From the NCBI GenBank assembly GCA_963779415.1, contig CAVZYA010000002.1, forward strand, positions 224,001 to 288,000: 64,000 bases of DNA. The letters run 5' to 3'. Positions 16,009-26,174 of this stretch are shown one piece after another; positions within the stretch are counted from its first letter, which is position 1, and every line of letters begins with the position of its first letter. Under the pieces are notes generated by a model, which ran no database searches, was not told the DNA's origin, and saw only the letters and a list, made by a program, of their open reading frames with translations. The DNA is from an uncultured Acidobacteriota bacterium. Its GTDB lineage: Bacteria; Acidobacteriota; Thermoanaerobaculia; UBA5066. The position numbers and the translations under genes were made by a program.

Positions 16009-17414
16009 TCAGAAGGCGGAGTCGTTCGGGACGCCCGGCACCGGCATCGGCTCGGCCGGCGGAATCGGGCGGGAGAGCCTCGGGACGGGGGGAGCGGCCT
16101 CGGACGGCGCGCTCTTCAGGATGACGTCGTCATAGAGGCCGAGCCCGCGGATCTGAACGCCCGCCCACCCCTCGCTGAAGGCGCCATCGTGAACGAAGAG
16201 CGTCTCGACGCCGTTCACGGAGACGGAGATCCGGTCGCCCACCCCCGCGAGGGTCAGCCTCACCGGCCAGACCTTCGGTGAGAGGCCCGTCCGGGCGACG
16301 AGGCGGAGGCCGATCGACGGTGCGTCGAGCTCCACGTCGCCGTTGGCCCGGAGAACGGCCCGGTAGCCGCTCGTCTCGCCGCCGTCCGTCATCGCCGTCG
16401 TGCGCCCCAGGACACCGACGAAGCCCTGCGAATTCCCCCCGTCGTCCTCGAGCCTCACGAGGCTGCTGATCTCGAAGTCCGTCACCCGCGCGTCGCTGAT
16501 CTTGGCGACGAAGCCGGGAACGGTGTTTCCGAGGCGTCCGTTCACGAGTGTTTCGCCGCCACCGGGGAAGGCCCATCGATAGAAAGCGGCGCTCCAGGTG
16601 CCGGAGAAATGATCCAGAAAGAGCGGCGGATGCGGCTCGGTCTCCTCGAGATTCTGCGAGAGGAGCCTCGCTCCCGGCTTCCACGCGAGGTTCGCCCGGA
16701 GGAGGCCGGAGTCTCCCGCCGGAACGCAGGTGGCGCAGTCGACGAGCTCGTAGAAAAAAAGGCCCGTCACGCGCGCCTCCGACCCGAAGATCTCGAATGT
16801 CTGCAGGACGTCGTATCCGTTCCCCGAATCGCCCCCTCCGGCGCCCGGACGGAGCCGCTCCACGAGCCCGAGAGATCCGGGGCCGCGACCCGCGCCGACG
16901 GATCCACCTCGCGGATCACCGTTGCCGCCGGGACGAGAAGCGCGTCGACGTACGTGAGCCCGTCGCCGTGCCAGAAGTCCGGCTCGTCGGGCTCGTTCCA
17001 GATGCCGTAGACCGCGATCGCTCCGCGATAGCGGGCCGCGACGGCGCGGACGAAACGGGGAAAGAGCCCGTCCCGCGGAACGCAGGCACCCGCGCCGACC
17101 GGGTCGCCGTCACGGCAGGCCCACGCCGGCGTGCTCGTCAGGTTCGCGTAGATCCGGAGGCCCCTCGACACCGAGGCCTGGACCTGCCGGTCGACGTCGT
17201 CCCAGAAATACCGGCCGTCCGACGTCTCGACCGCGCTCCAGAAGAGGTCCATCCGGACCCAGTTGAGATGCATGAGCGGCACGGCGTCGAGCTCGGCTCC
17301 GATTGCCGAGTGGACGTTCACCCCCCGGGCGGGGATGTCGACGCGTCCCTGGGCGCCCGCGGGAAGCGCGGCCCCGAGCACGAAAGAGAGGAACAGCAAT
17401 CGGGCGCGGTGCAT
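16009..17414 (-). CDS. Secreted clan GH-A glycoside hydrolase-like protein with C-terminal beta-sandwich (DUF1080-like); broken near 16830 with an apparent internal deletion
   Basis: GVN.H, WVRMD..W..VE, IWNEPD acid/base motif, VTGLFFYEL; the two halves lie in different frames. Confidence 0.65.
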
Positions 17415-17415
17415 C

Positions 17416-17456
17416 AAAAGAAGAGAACCCCCCGCCGCAGTGCCGGAAGGGGGCTC
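17416..17456 (-). terminator. Intrinsic terminator after the M20 peptidase
   Basis: Minus strand GAGCCCCC...GGGGGTTC stem followed by TCTTCTTTT. Confidence 0.6.
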
Positions 17457-17475
17457 GAACGTACCCGACCTTGCG

Positions 17476-18922
17476 TTACTTCTTCGCCTTTTTCGCCTTC
17501 TTCGCGGCCTTCGGCGCCGGCTTGGCGTAGTACCCCTTCGGGCCGATCTTTCCGAGCGCGGCGACCTCCTCGAAGTACTTCGCGAAAGCGATCATGCCGC
17601 CTTCCGCCTGCTCCCAGTCATAGTTTTCGTTCGGGGCGTGGTAGCCGTGCTCCGGGAGCGAGAGGCCGAGGAAGAGGACGGGGGCCCTCAGCACCTTCTC
17701 CATCGTGAGGACGGCGCCGATGGAGCCCCCCTCGCGGACGAAGACGGGCTCGCGGCCGAACGCGAACTTCACCGAGCTCCGGACGCTGTCGGCGAGCGGG
17801 CCGGTCGTGATTCCCTGATACGGGTCGAGCCGGTTCTCGAGCGAAACCTTCACGTCGGGGTTCTTCGACTTGACGAACTTCGTGACGAGCTTCGCGATCT
17901 TCTCGCCGTTCTGCTTCGGCACGAGGCGGCAGGAGACCTTGAACTCGGCGCGCGGCGGGATGACCGTCTTGATCCCGGGCCCCGTGTAGCCGCCGACGAT
18001 GCCGTGCAGCTCGAACGTGGGCATCGCCCAGATCCGTTTCATCACGTCGAGGGCGTCCTTCGTCCGGATCGACTTGAAGAGATGGTCCCCCATGAACCCC
18101 TTCACCGTGAAGCCCGAGCGCGCGAAATCGGCGAGCTCGGCCTTCGTGGGGGGGATGACGTCGTCGTAGAAGCCCGGGATCTTCACGCGCCCCGTCTGTC
18201 CGTCGAAGCACTCGGAGACGACCTTCACGAGCTCGGAAAGCGGATTGCGCGCGGCGCCCCCCGTGACGCCCGAGTGCTGGTCGGTCGTCCCCGTCTCGAG
18301 CGAGAAGGTGAACCCCTGCAGGCCGCGGAGGCCCGCCGGAGACGCCGGCTTGCCGCGGGCGATCCAGATCGTGTCGGAGACGATGATGGAATCGGTCGCG
18401 AGCTGGGAGGCGGCCGCCGAGATTCCCTTCTGGAAGCTGGGGGACCCGATCTCCTCCTCGAACTCCCAGAGAACGCGAAGGTTCACGGGGAGCTTCGCCT
18501 CGGCCGCCGCCTTGATCCCGAAGAGGGCCGACAGCGCGGGCCCCTTGTCGTCCGTCGAGCCGCGGCCGTAATACCGGTCCCCCTTCTTCGTGAAGACGAA
18601 GGGCTCCGTCTCCCACGGCTCGGTCTCCTTCGACGCCGGCTGGACGTCGAGGTGGTTGTAGACGGTGACGGTGGGCCAGGCGGGGTTTTCTCCCCACGCG
18701 CCGTGGACGATCGGGTTTCCGGTCGGTCTCGAGGATCCCCGGGCTCCCTCCGAAGGCACGGATCGTGTCGGCGGCGAGCTTGGCGCACTCGTGGATCGCG
18801 CCCTTCATCGTCGGATCGGCGGAGATGGACGGAACCTCCACGAAGGTCTTGAGGAGGCTCTCGAAGGGCTCCCGATTCTTCTGGGCGAAGGAAAGGAGCT
18901 TTTCCTTTTCGAAGTGCTTCAT
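17476..18922 (-). CDS. M20/M25/M40 metallopeptidase (dipeptidase-like); frameshift near 18725
   Basis: YNHLDVQP, GRGSTDDKG, EFEEEIGS, GGSI, HAPNE. Confidence 0.9.
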
Positions 18923-18946
18923 GCCGGGAAGTCTACCCCCGGCCCG

Positions 18947-19396
18947 TCACTCCGCGGCGGGGGTCCCGGGCTCGGACGGGGGGCGTCTGCGCTGCGCCTG
19001 CCGCTCCCGCCGGCGAAGCTGCCGCTCCTCCTCCTGCTTGAAGAGGTACTTGATCGCGTGCTTCGGAATCAGGAGGTTCGGCGCCCCCTCGCGGTTCACC
19101 TTGAGGACGTCCTTGTCGTACCACTCGATCCAGCCGCGTATCTCCTCGCCGTCGACGAGCCGGACGACGATCGGCGTCCGGGCCTGCATCTGCTTGAGGT
19201 AGTAGAAGGCCTCGGCGTTCGTCTGCTCGGGGGGAGCCATCTTGCGGGAGGACGGGACGCGCAGCCCCTGGTCGCGCCGGATTTCGGACAGAGAGGGCCG
19301 GATCAGCTTGCGCGGCCCCAGCTCGGCGGTTGTCGGAGCGGCGGGCAGGGGAGCGGGGGGGTCTCCCCCGGACGGCGGTTTGCGGACGATGGCCAT
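18947..19396 (-). CDS. hfq: Hfq-like LSm-fold RNA chaperone
   Basis: V.L.DGE.I.G.IE.YD Sm1-like and LLIPKHAI Sm2-like motifs; AGGAG RBS. Confidence 0.75.
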   Translation of the reverse strand: MAIVRKPPSGGDPPAPLPAAPTTAELGPRKLIRPSLSEIRRDQGLRVPSSRKMAPPEQTNAEAFYYLKQMQARTPIVVRLVDGEEIRGWIEWYDKDVLKVNREGAPNLLIPKHAIKYLFKQEEERQLRRRERQAQRRRPPSEPGTPAAE

Positions 19397-19477
19397 ACGT
19401 TATCTCCTACGAAATCCGCGGCCGGGGAGTTTACGGCGCGGAGTGTAGACCGCTCTCCCGAAAGAGGCGAGAGCCCG

Positions 19478-20278
19478 TCAGGCTTCGAGCGGCGCGGGGG
19501 GCGGCGGAACGGACGGAGGGGCGGGAGGAGCCTGAGAGGCACGCTTCTCGCCTCCGTGCCCGAGGCGACGGGCCGCCTCGATCCCGCCATCCAGCTCGTA
19601 GGCTACGCAACACTTGAGCCGGCCACAATGGCCGGTCAGCTTCGCGGGATTCGGCGTGATCCCCTGCATCTTCGCCATCTTGATGGCGACCGGATGAAAG
19701 GCCCGAAGCCAGGTGGAGCAGCAGAGCGTCAGGCCGCACGACCCGATCCCGCCGAGGAGCTTCGTCTCGTCGCGGACGCCCATCATCCGGACGTCGACGC
19801 GCATCTCGAACTTCTCGGCGACGGCGCGGGCGAGGTCCCTGGTCTCGACCTTCTTGTCGGCCGTGAAGAGGAGGACGATCTTCCGCCGGTCGAACCCGAC
19901 CTGTGCCTTGACGACGTTCAGGTCGAGATGGCGCTCCTCGACGACAGAGTCGGCAAAGGCCTTCGCCTCTCTCTGAAGGTCGAGGCGCTCCGAGTAGTCC
20001 GCGTACTCGGAGTCGGAGGCGAGGCGGAGGAAGCGGCGCGCCTTCCGCGCCGAGCAGGCTTTCGGGAGGCCCGGAGAGGTCGTCGTGACCTCGGCGAACT
20101 CGGGGCCGCCGTCCGTCTCGACGAGGATGCGCTCCCCCGCTTTCACCTGGACCTCGCCGGTGAAGACGAGCGTCGTCTTGCCGTCCTCGGCGTCCGCGAG
20201 GCGGACCCCCACGTAGTTCCCTCCCGGGTTCGTCCACGTCCCGATCGAGCAGCTCGTGCAACCCCCCATCGGTGGCAT
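19478..20278 (-). CDS. ricT: PSP1/RicT (YaaT) family Fe-S protein
   Basis: [14 protein letters not shown].....P.KL.G.CGRLKCC..YE. Confidence 0.88.
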   Translation of the reverse strand: MPPMGGCTSCSIGTWTNPGGNYVGVRLADAEDGKTTLVFTGEVQVKAGERILVETDGGPEFAEVTTTSPGLPKACSARKARRFLRLASDSEYADYSERLDLQREAKAFADSVVEERHLDLNVVKAQVGFDRRKIVLLFTADKKVETRDLARAVAEKFEMRVDVRMMGVRDETKLLGGIGSCGLTLCCSTWLRAFHPVAIKMAKMQGITPNPAKLTGHCGRLKCCVAYELDGGIEAARRLGHGGEKRASQAPPAPPSVPPPPAPLEA

Positions 20279-20352
20279 TGTGCCGACCGGACCCGGACTC
20301 GGTCAAATGTCCGACTGGTGGTCTAATGGATCATCGTCAAAGGAGGCCCAGC

Positions 20353-21960
20353 GTGTCCGGCACCTCGTGGCTCCGCTATCGCGCCCTTTCGCTCCACCTT
20401 CCGGCGGCGGGCGTGGCTCTCGATCTCTCGAAGGCGTCCCTCCCCGACGACGCGATCAAGTGGGACCCGCTCGTCTTCCGCGGGTTCCCCGAGGCGTTCG
20501 CCGCGATGGAAGCCCTCGAGCGGGGGGCCATCGCGAACCCGGGAGAGAACCGGATGGTGGGCCACTACTGGCTCCGCGCGCCACAGCTCGTCCCGGACCC
20601 GGCGATCCGGGCCGTCATCGAGGCCACCGGCAAGCAGGTCCGCTCGTTCGCGGCCGACGTTCATTCCGGAAAGATCGCGCCGCCGAAGGCGCCGCGCTTC
20701 CGGAATCTTCTCGTCGTCGGCATCGGCGGCTCGGCGCTCGGCCCGCAGCTCCTCGCCGACGCCCTCACGACGCCGAACGACCGGCTTCACCCCTTCTTCT
20801 TCGACAACACCGACCCGGACGGGATGGTGCGCGAGCTTTCGCGGATCGCGATGGCGGGGGGGCTCGCGACGACGCTCACGATCGTCATCTCGAAGTCCGG
20901 AGCGACGAAGGAGACGCGGAACGGGATGCTCCTCGCCGAGGAGGCCTACCGACGCGCGGGGCTCGACTTCGGGCGCCACGCGGTGGCCGTTACCGGCGGC
21001 CGGAGCGACCTGGACGGCGTGGCGAGCCGGGAACGATGGCTCGCCCGATTCCCGATGTGGGACTGGGTGGGGGGCCGGACCTCCGTGACGTCCGCCGTCG
21101 GGCTCCTCCCCGCCGCCCTGCAGGGGATCGACGTCGCCGAGTTCCTCGCCGGAGCCGCCGCGATGGACGAGGCGACCCGGGTCCCGCGCGTCGCGGAGAA
21201 TCCCGCAGCCCTCCTCGCCCTCGCGTGGTACCGCGAGACGGAAGGGCGCGGACGGAAGGACATGGTCGTCCTGCCTTACAAGGACCGTCTCCTCCTCTTC
21301 ACGCGCTATCTCCAGCAGCTCGTCATGGAGTCGCTCGGGAAGGAGACGGACCTCTCGGGACGAGTCGTGGAACAGGGAATCTCCGTTTACGGAAACAAGG
21401 GCTCGACCGACCAGCACGCCTTCGTCCAGCAGCTGCGCGACGGCCTCGCGAACTTCTTCGTCACCTTCATCGAGGTCGAGAAGGACCGGGGAGACGGCTT
21501 GCCGACGTTCCCCGTGGAGCCCGACGTGACGCCGGGGGACTACCTGCTCGGATTCCTCCTCGGGACGCGCAAGGCGCTCGCCGAGAAGGGGCGCTCGTCG
21601 ATCACGATCACCCTCGGCGACGTCTCGGCGCGCTCTCTCGGCGCGCTCATCGCCCTCTACGAGCGGACGGTCGGCCTCTACGCCTCCCTCATCGGCGTCA
21701 ACGCCTACGACCAGCCCGGCGTCGAGGCCGGGAAGAAAGCCGCGGCCGCCGTCCTCGAGCTGCAGAAGAAGGTTCTGACCGAGGTTCGCGCCAAACCGAA
21801 GGAATTCCGGACGGCCGAGGAGATCGCACGCGCCATTCAGGCGGAGGCCGAGACGGAGACCGTCTTCCGTATCCTCCGTCACCTCGGGGCGAACCCCGAG
21901 CGGGGAATCCTCCGGCAGGACGCCGCAACCCCGTACGAAGCGCGGTTCGGCCTTCCGTGA
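20353..21960 (+). CDS. pgi: Glucose-6-phosphate isomerase
   Basis: [41 protein letters not shown]; AGGAGG RBS 6 nt before GTG 20353. Confidence 0.96.
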   Translation: MSGTSWLRYRALSLHLPAAGVALDLSKASLPDDAIKWDPLVFRGFPEAFAAMEALERGAIANPGENRMVGHYWLRAPQLVPDPAIRAVIEATGKQVRSFAADVHSGKIAPPKAPRFRNLLVVGIGGSALGPQLLADALTTPNDRLHPFFFDNTDPDGMVRELSRIAMAGGLATTLTIVISKSGATKETRNGMLLAEEAYRRAGLDFGRHAVAVTGGRSDLDGVASRERWLARFPMWDWVGGRTSVTSAVGLLPAALQGIDVAEFLAGAAAMDEATRVPRVAENPAALLALAWYRETEGRGRKDMVVLPYKDRLLLFTRYLQQLVMESLGKETDLSGRVVEQGISVYGNKGSTDQHAFVQQLRDGLANFFVTFIEVEKDRGDGLPTFPVEPDVTPGDYLLGFLLGTRKALAEKGRSSITITLGDVSARSLGALIALYERTVGLYASLIGVNAYDQPGVEAGKKAAAAVLELQKKVLTEVRAKPKEFRTAEEIARAIQAEAETETVFRILRHLGANPERGILRQDAATPYEARFGLP

Positions 21961-21981
21961 AAGAGCGCGGACGCGAAGGCG

Positions 21982-22524
21982 CTACGGGGACTTCTTCAGG
22001 CTCTTGAGCAGCGCGTCGAAAGCGGCCTTCTCTTTTCCGACTGTCTTCTTCGGTCCGGTCATCTTGAAGAAGACCGACCCGCGCGGCCCCTCCGCGATCG
22101 CCCCTTCCAGGGCATAGCCCTTCATCGGGCCGGCCGATGCCCCGCCCATTCCCATTCCGCCCGAGTACGTTCCCTCGGCCGCGCAGATCGTGACCGGGAC
22201 GTCGCCGATCTTCATCTGCGACCGGGAGGGCTTCTTCGACCCGGCCTCCGGCGTCATCTGGGCGAACCAGCGGTCGACGTTCGCGTCGACTCCCCCTCCC
22301 TGCCCCTGTCCGAAGTAGAAGATGGCGAGTTCCGCCCCTTCCTTGTCGCCGGGGGCCACGGGGGTCCGGTACGTGGCGACGCGCATCGAGGAGCCGGCCA
22401 CGGCTGTCCACTCCTTCGGGACGATCCACGAAAGGCCGCCGGCGGAAGTGGGGGAAGCCGTCAGCGCCGTGGCGCCGTGGGAAGAGGCGAGCTGGGCGAG
22501 GAGGACGAGAGCGGTGAGCGTCAT
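21982..22524 (-). CDS. Exported conserved hypothetical protein (ANVDRW motif)
   Basis: Signal peptide, W.VP..W......SMR.A.Y, GGGVDANVDRW..Q, FFKMTGP. Confidence 0.7.
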   Translation of the reverse strand: MTLTALVLLAQLASSHGATALTASPTSAGGLSWIVPKEWTAVAGSSMRVATYRTPVAPGDKEGAELAIFYFGQGQGGGVDANVDRWFAQMTPEAGSKKPSRSQMKIGDVPVTICAAEGTYSGGMGMGGASAGPMKGYALEGAIAEGPRGSVFFKMTGPKKTVGKEKAAFDALLKSLKKSP

Positions 22525-22589
22525 ACCCCCGATTCTTCCATACTCCCGCCGCGAGTTCCGTCCGGAAGAGAGAGGCGCGCCGTGCGGAA

Positions 22590-23899
22590 TCAGCGGAGGA
22601 ACGCGCCCGAACGCTCGCGGAGGATCTCGAGAGCGCCCTTGCCGATGTCGCGGCGGAAGTGTCTTCCTTCGAAGCGGATCTTCGCGGCCGCGTCGCGGGA
22701 CTTCGCGAGGGCCGTGGAGAGGGAGCGCCCGCGCGCGCAGACGGAGAGGACGCGGCCGCCGGCCGTGACGAGCTTTCCGTCCCGGTCGCGTGCCGTCCCG
22801 GAATGAAAGACGACGACGTCCGGGTCGGCCGACGCCTCCTCGATCCCCTCGATGACGCGCCCTCGTTCGTACGGGCCGGGGTATCCCTCGGCGGTCACGA
22901 CGACACAGGCCGTCGCCTCCCGCCGCCAGGCGATCTTCCCCGCGTCCTCGAGCCGCCCCTTCGCGGCGGCGACGAGGAAGGGAAGGAGGTCGCTCTCGAG
23001 CCGGATCAGGATCGACTGCGTCTCGGGGTCGCCGAAGCGGACGTTGTACTCGAGGACATAGGGGTTCGTCCCCCCCTCGAGCATCAGCCCCACGAAGAGA
23101 ACGCCGCGGAACGGACGCCCTTCCACCGTCATTCCCTTGAGTGTCGGATGGACGACGTACGTCAGGACGTCCGCGGCGGTCGCCGCGTCGAGGACGACGG
23201 ACGGGGAGTGGGACCCCATCCCGCCCGTGTTCGGGCCACGGTCCCCCTCGAAGACCTTCTTGTAGTCCTTCGTCGTCGCGAGCGGAACGGCGAGCGTGCC
23301 GTCGCAGAGACAGAGGAAGCTGACCTCCTCGCCGGCGAGGAACCGCTCCACGAGCACGCGGTCCCCCGCCGTGCCGAAGACCCGCTCCTCGAAGAAGAGT
23401 CGGAGCGCCTTCTCGAACTCGTCGGCCGTCGTCGCGATGACGACGCCCTTTCCCGACGCCAGTCCGTCCGCCTTCAGGACGCACGGGAGTCCGATCCGCC
23501 GGACCGCCGCCTGCGCTTCGGCACGCGTGAGGCAGACCTCCGCCTGCGGGGTCGGAATGCCGTATTTCTGCATGAAGGACTTCGAGAAGACCTTCGATCC
23601 CTCGAGCTCGGCGGCAAGGCGGTTCGGCCCGAAGGCGAGGAGCCCGCGGCTGGTCAGCTCGTCGACGAGACCGAGCGCGAGGGGAAGCTCGGGGCCGACG
23701 ACCGTCAGGTCGACGGACATCGACTCGGCGAAATCGGCGATCTCGACGACGTCCTCGGCGCCGATCGGGATGCAGGTGGCTTTCTCGGCGATTCCGGGAT
23801 TCCCCGGCGCGCAGAAGAGTTCCGTGACCTGCGGCGACTGGGAGAGCTTCCAGACGAGCGAATGTTCCCGTCCCCCCCGCCGATCACCAACACCCGCAT
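22590..23899 (-). CDS. purD: Phosphoribosylamine--glycine ligase; frameshift in a G-run near 23875
   Basis: One extra G restores GGGGREH; APGNPG, VVGPE, KADGLA.GKGV, GPNTGGMG, EYNVRFGDPE. Confidence 0.95.
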
Positions 23900-24038
23900 G
23901 ATGAGCGGATCATAGGACAGCTGTGAGGTCCCCCTTGAATTCCCTGGCTGAAGGGGTCTAAGCTCCTCGGCAGGCTCTCGAGGCCGAAATGTCGTGGTGC
24001 CTTCCGGTTCCGCCCTTGACCGCCATGGAGAAGACGCG

Positions 24039-24974
24039 GTGAGCGTGCCGCTTCCTCAGATGGCGGATGCTGCTCGAAAGGCGGCCGAGGAGGCGCGTGA
24101 GCAGGGGATCGCCCACGGGGAACGAGGCGACTTCGCCGCGGCCCTCTCCCACTTCGACACGGCGCTTTCGCACGCGCGCGAGACGGGCGACGAGACTTTC
24201 ATCGACTGGATCTTCGTCTCCCGCGCGGCCGCGGCGGTCGAGGTGGGGGCCTCCGAATCCGACCTTCTCGAGCTGAAGGAGATCCTCCTCAGGCGGACCG
24301 ATCCCAGGATCGCTCTCCGGGCCTCCTCGTCGCTCTCGGTGGCCTTCGACCTTCAGCGCGACACCCGGAAAGCCCTCTTCTACGCCCGCATCGCCCGGCG
24401 CCACGCCGAGGAACTCGCGGATCCTGCCCATCTCTCGGCGACCGCGAATCATCTCGGCGCCATCCTCGCGGCCTCCAGCCGTTTCGACGAGGCCGCGGAG
24501 GCGTTCCGGACCGCCCTCGACTGGAACGCGAAGGAGGCCGGGGACTCGGAGGTCTGGCGGGCCCAGGCGAACGACAACCTCGGGTACTGCCTCATCGCCC
24601 TCGACCGGATCGAGGAAGGAATGCCGCTCGTCCACGGGGCGCTCGAGACGCTCCGGAAGAAGAATGCGACGGGCTTCCTCGTCTACCCGCTCATGGACCT
24701 CTGCTTCGGCTACCTGAAGCAGGACCGGTACGCGGAGGCCCGGTTCTTCGGCGAGGCCGCCCTCGAGCGGCTCGAGACCGGCGGCCCGACGGCCGACCTC
24801 GCCGTCGAGAAGAACCTCCTCTACCTCCTCGGCGAGGCGTGCCAGCTCGCCGGCGACGAGGACGAGGCCGAGGAATGGTTCGCGCGCCTCGCCCGCCACT
24901 ATCCCGAGTTCAAGAACCTCCGGACGTACCTCGAGGTCTTCGACCTCAGGAACGTCATCAACCTCAGGACCTGA
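24039..24974 (+). CDS. Tetratricopeptide-repeat protein
   Basis: Repeated NHLG/DNLGY/YLLGE helical pairs; GGAG RBS before GTG; TTGAAT-N18-TAAGCT upstream. Confidence 0.75.
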   Translation: MSVPLPQMADAARKAAEEAREQGIAHGERGDFAAALSHFDTALSHARETGDETFIDWIFVSRAAAAVEVGASESDLLELKEILLRRTDPRIALRASSSLSVAFDLQRDTRKALFYARIARRHAEELADPAHLSATANHLGAILAASSRFDEAAEAFRTALDWNAKEAGDSEVWRAQANDNLGYCLIALDRIEEGMPLVHGALETLRKKNATGFLVYPLMDLCFGYLKQDRYAEARFFGEAALERLETGGPTADLAVEKNLLYLLGEACQLAGDEDEAEEWFARLARHYPEFKNLRTYLEVFDLRNVINLRT

Positions 24975-24977
24975 CGA

Positions 24978-26071
24978 ATGAGCCCCCGCGTTTTCCGCCT
25001 CCTCCGCCTTCTTCCGGCCCTCGCGCTCGTGGCCGGGCTCGCGGTTCTTCCGCAGGACGGTATTCGCGGCATCGGCGGTTCTCGCCAAGGACGGAACGCT
25101 CTACGAGGTGTTCTCGACGACCTACGGCACGGCGATCGGCAACGCGGCCGACCCCAACGCGAACCTCCCGGTTCTCGCCCTCCGGACGACCCCGTCCGGC
25201 AGGCACCCCGACCCTGCAGGTCGTGGAGGGCTCGCTCGACGGCGAGGTCGAGGGGTCCGAGTCGATCGAGTTCGAGGAAGAGACGCAGACGGTCTTCCTC
25301 GTCTTCACGAAGCAGCAGACCATCTATCAGGGCGTCACGGTGTCGCTCCTCCAGAACGGCGTCTGGTCGACGCAGCAGGTCCTCCCGGCGTCGGGCGGCG
25401 CGGCGGTGATGAACCCGCAGATGGTCCTCACCCGCCAGCAATATCTCGATACGTCGGCGGCGGACCCGGCGGCCTGGACCGAGAAGTGGCGTTCGATTGT
25501 CTCCGTCGTCTGGTGGGAGGAAGGGACGCTCCTGCAGGCGGAATACGCCGTCCTCTTCGTGGAGGACGGGGTCCTGAACACCAGCTTCATCGCGGGGTAC
25601 AACCTGAACGAGCTCGCCGCGGCGTCGGGACCGACGTCACCGGCGGGGCTCGCCCCCTCGATCTACCGGTTCCCGGCCGTCCAACGCGATTTCGCGGGGG
25701 ACGGAGGCGTTCTCGTCTCCTTTGCGAACCTCTCCACGCAGCGCCAGATGGTCGGTTCGATCTCGTTCGTAAGCAGCCCGGTCGCGGGTCCCGGCATCAG
25801 CGGGCCTGTGGCCTACTCCCGGCACCGCCCCATCTTCGCGACGATGGGCGACGGTTCCCTGCCGGGCACCGGCGCCATCCAGGCCGCGAGCCTAGGCACG
25901 ATCATCTCGCCCTCCGGTGGCTCGACGTTCTGGTGGATAGACGGTTCCACGATGAAGGTCCTTCCCGCGGGAGCGGCAAAAGACGCCGTGCCGCTCTCGA
26001 TGCCGATCCGGCCCGACTTCTCCGTCGACAAGGCGCTTGCGGTCATCCGCGAGATGGCCGAAAAGGAGTAG
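24978..26071 (+). CDS. Secreted beta-rich hypothetical protein; frameshifts near 25060 and 25195
   Basis: Signal peptide MSPRVFRLLRLLPALALVAG; the plausible protein continues across three frames to IREMAEKE*. Confidence 0.6.
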
Positions 26072-26132
26072 ATCTTCCTCGCGGTGCGGCCGGAGGATGC
26101 GTCGAGCGGGGCCGAGCAGAGGTTGACCACCG

Positions 26133-26160
26133 CGCCCCTTCGTCTCCGAAGGGGCGTTTT
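26133..26160 (+). terminator. Intrinsic terminator or attenuator hairpin upstream of yitJ-metH
   Basis: CGCCCCTTCG-TCTC-CGAAGGGGCG-TTTT, perfect 10-bp stem. Confidence 0.75.
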
Positions 26161-26174
26161 CGTCTGACGACGGC

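Noticed and set aside
26097-26126. Leader peptide MRRAGPSRG upstream of yitJ
   Set aside because: No Met/Cys enrichment, and the GGAGG abuts the ATG, so it is a poor RBS.
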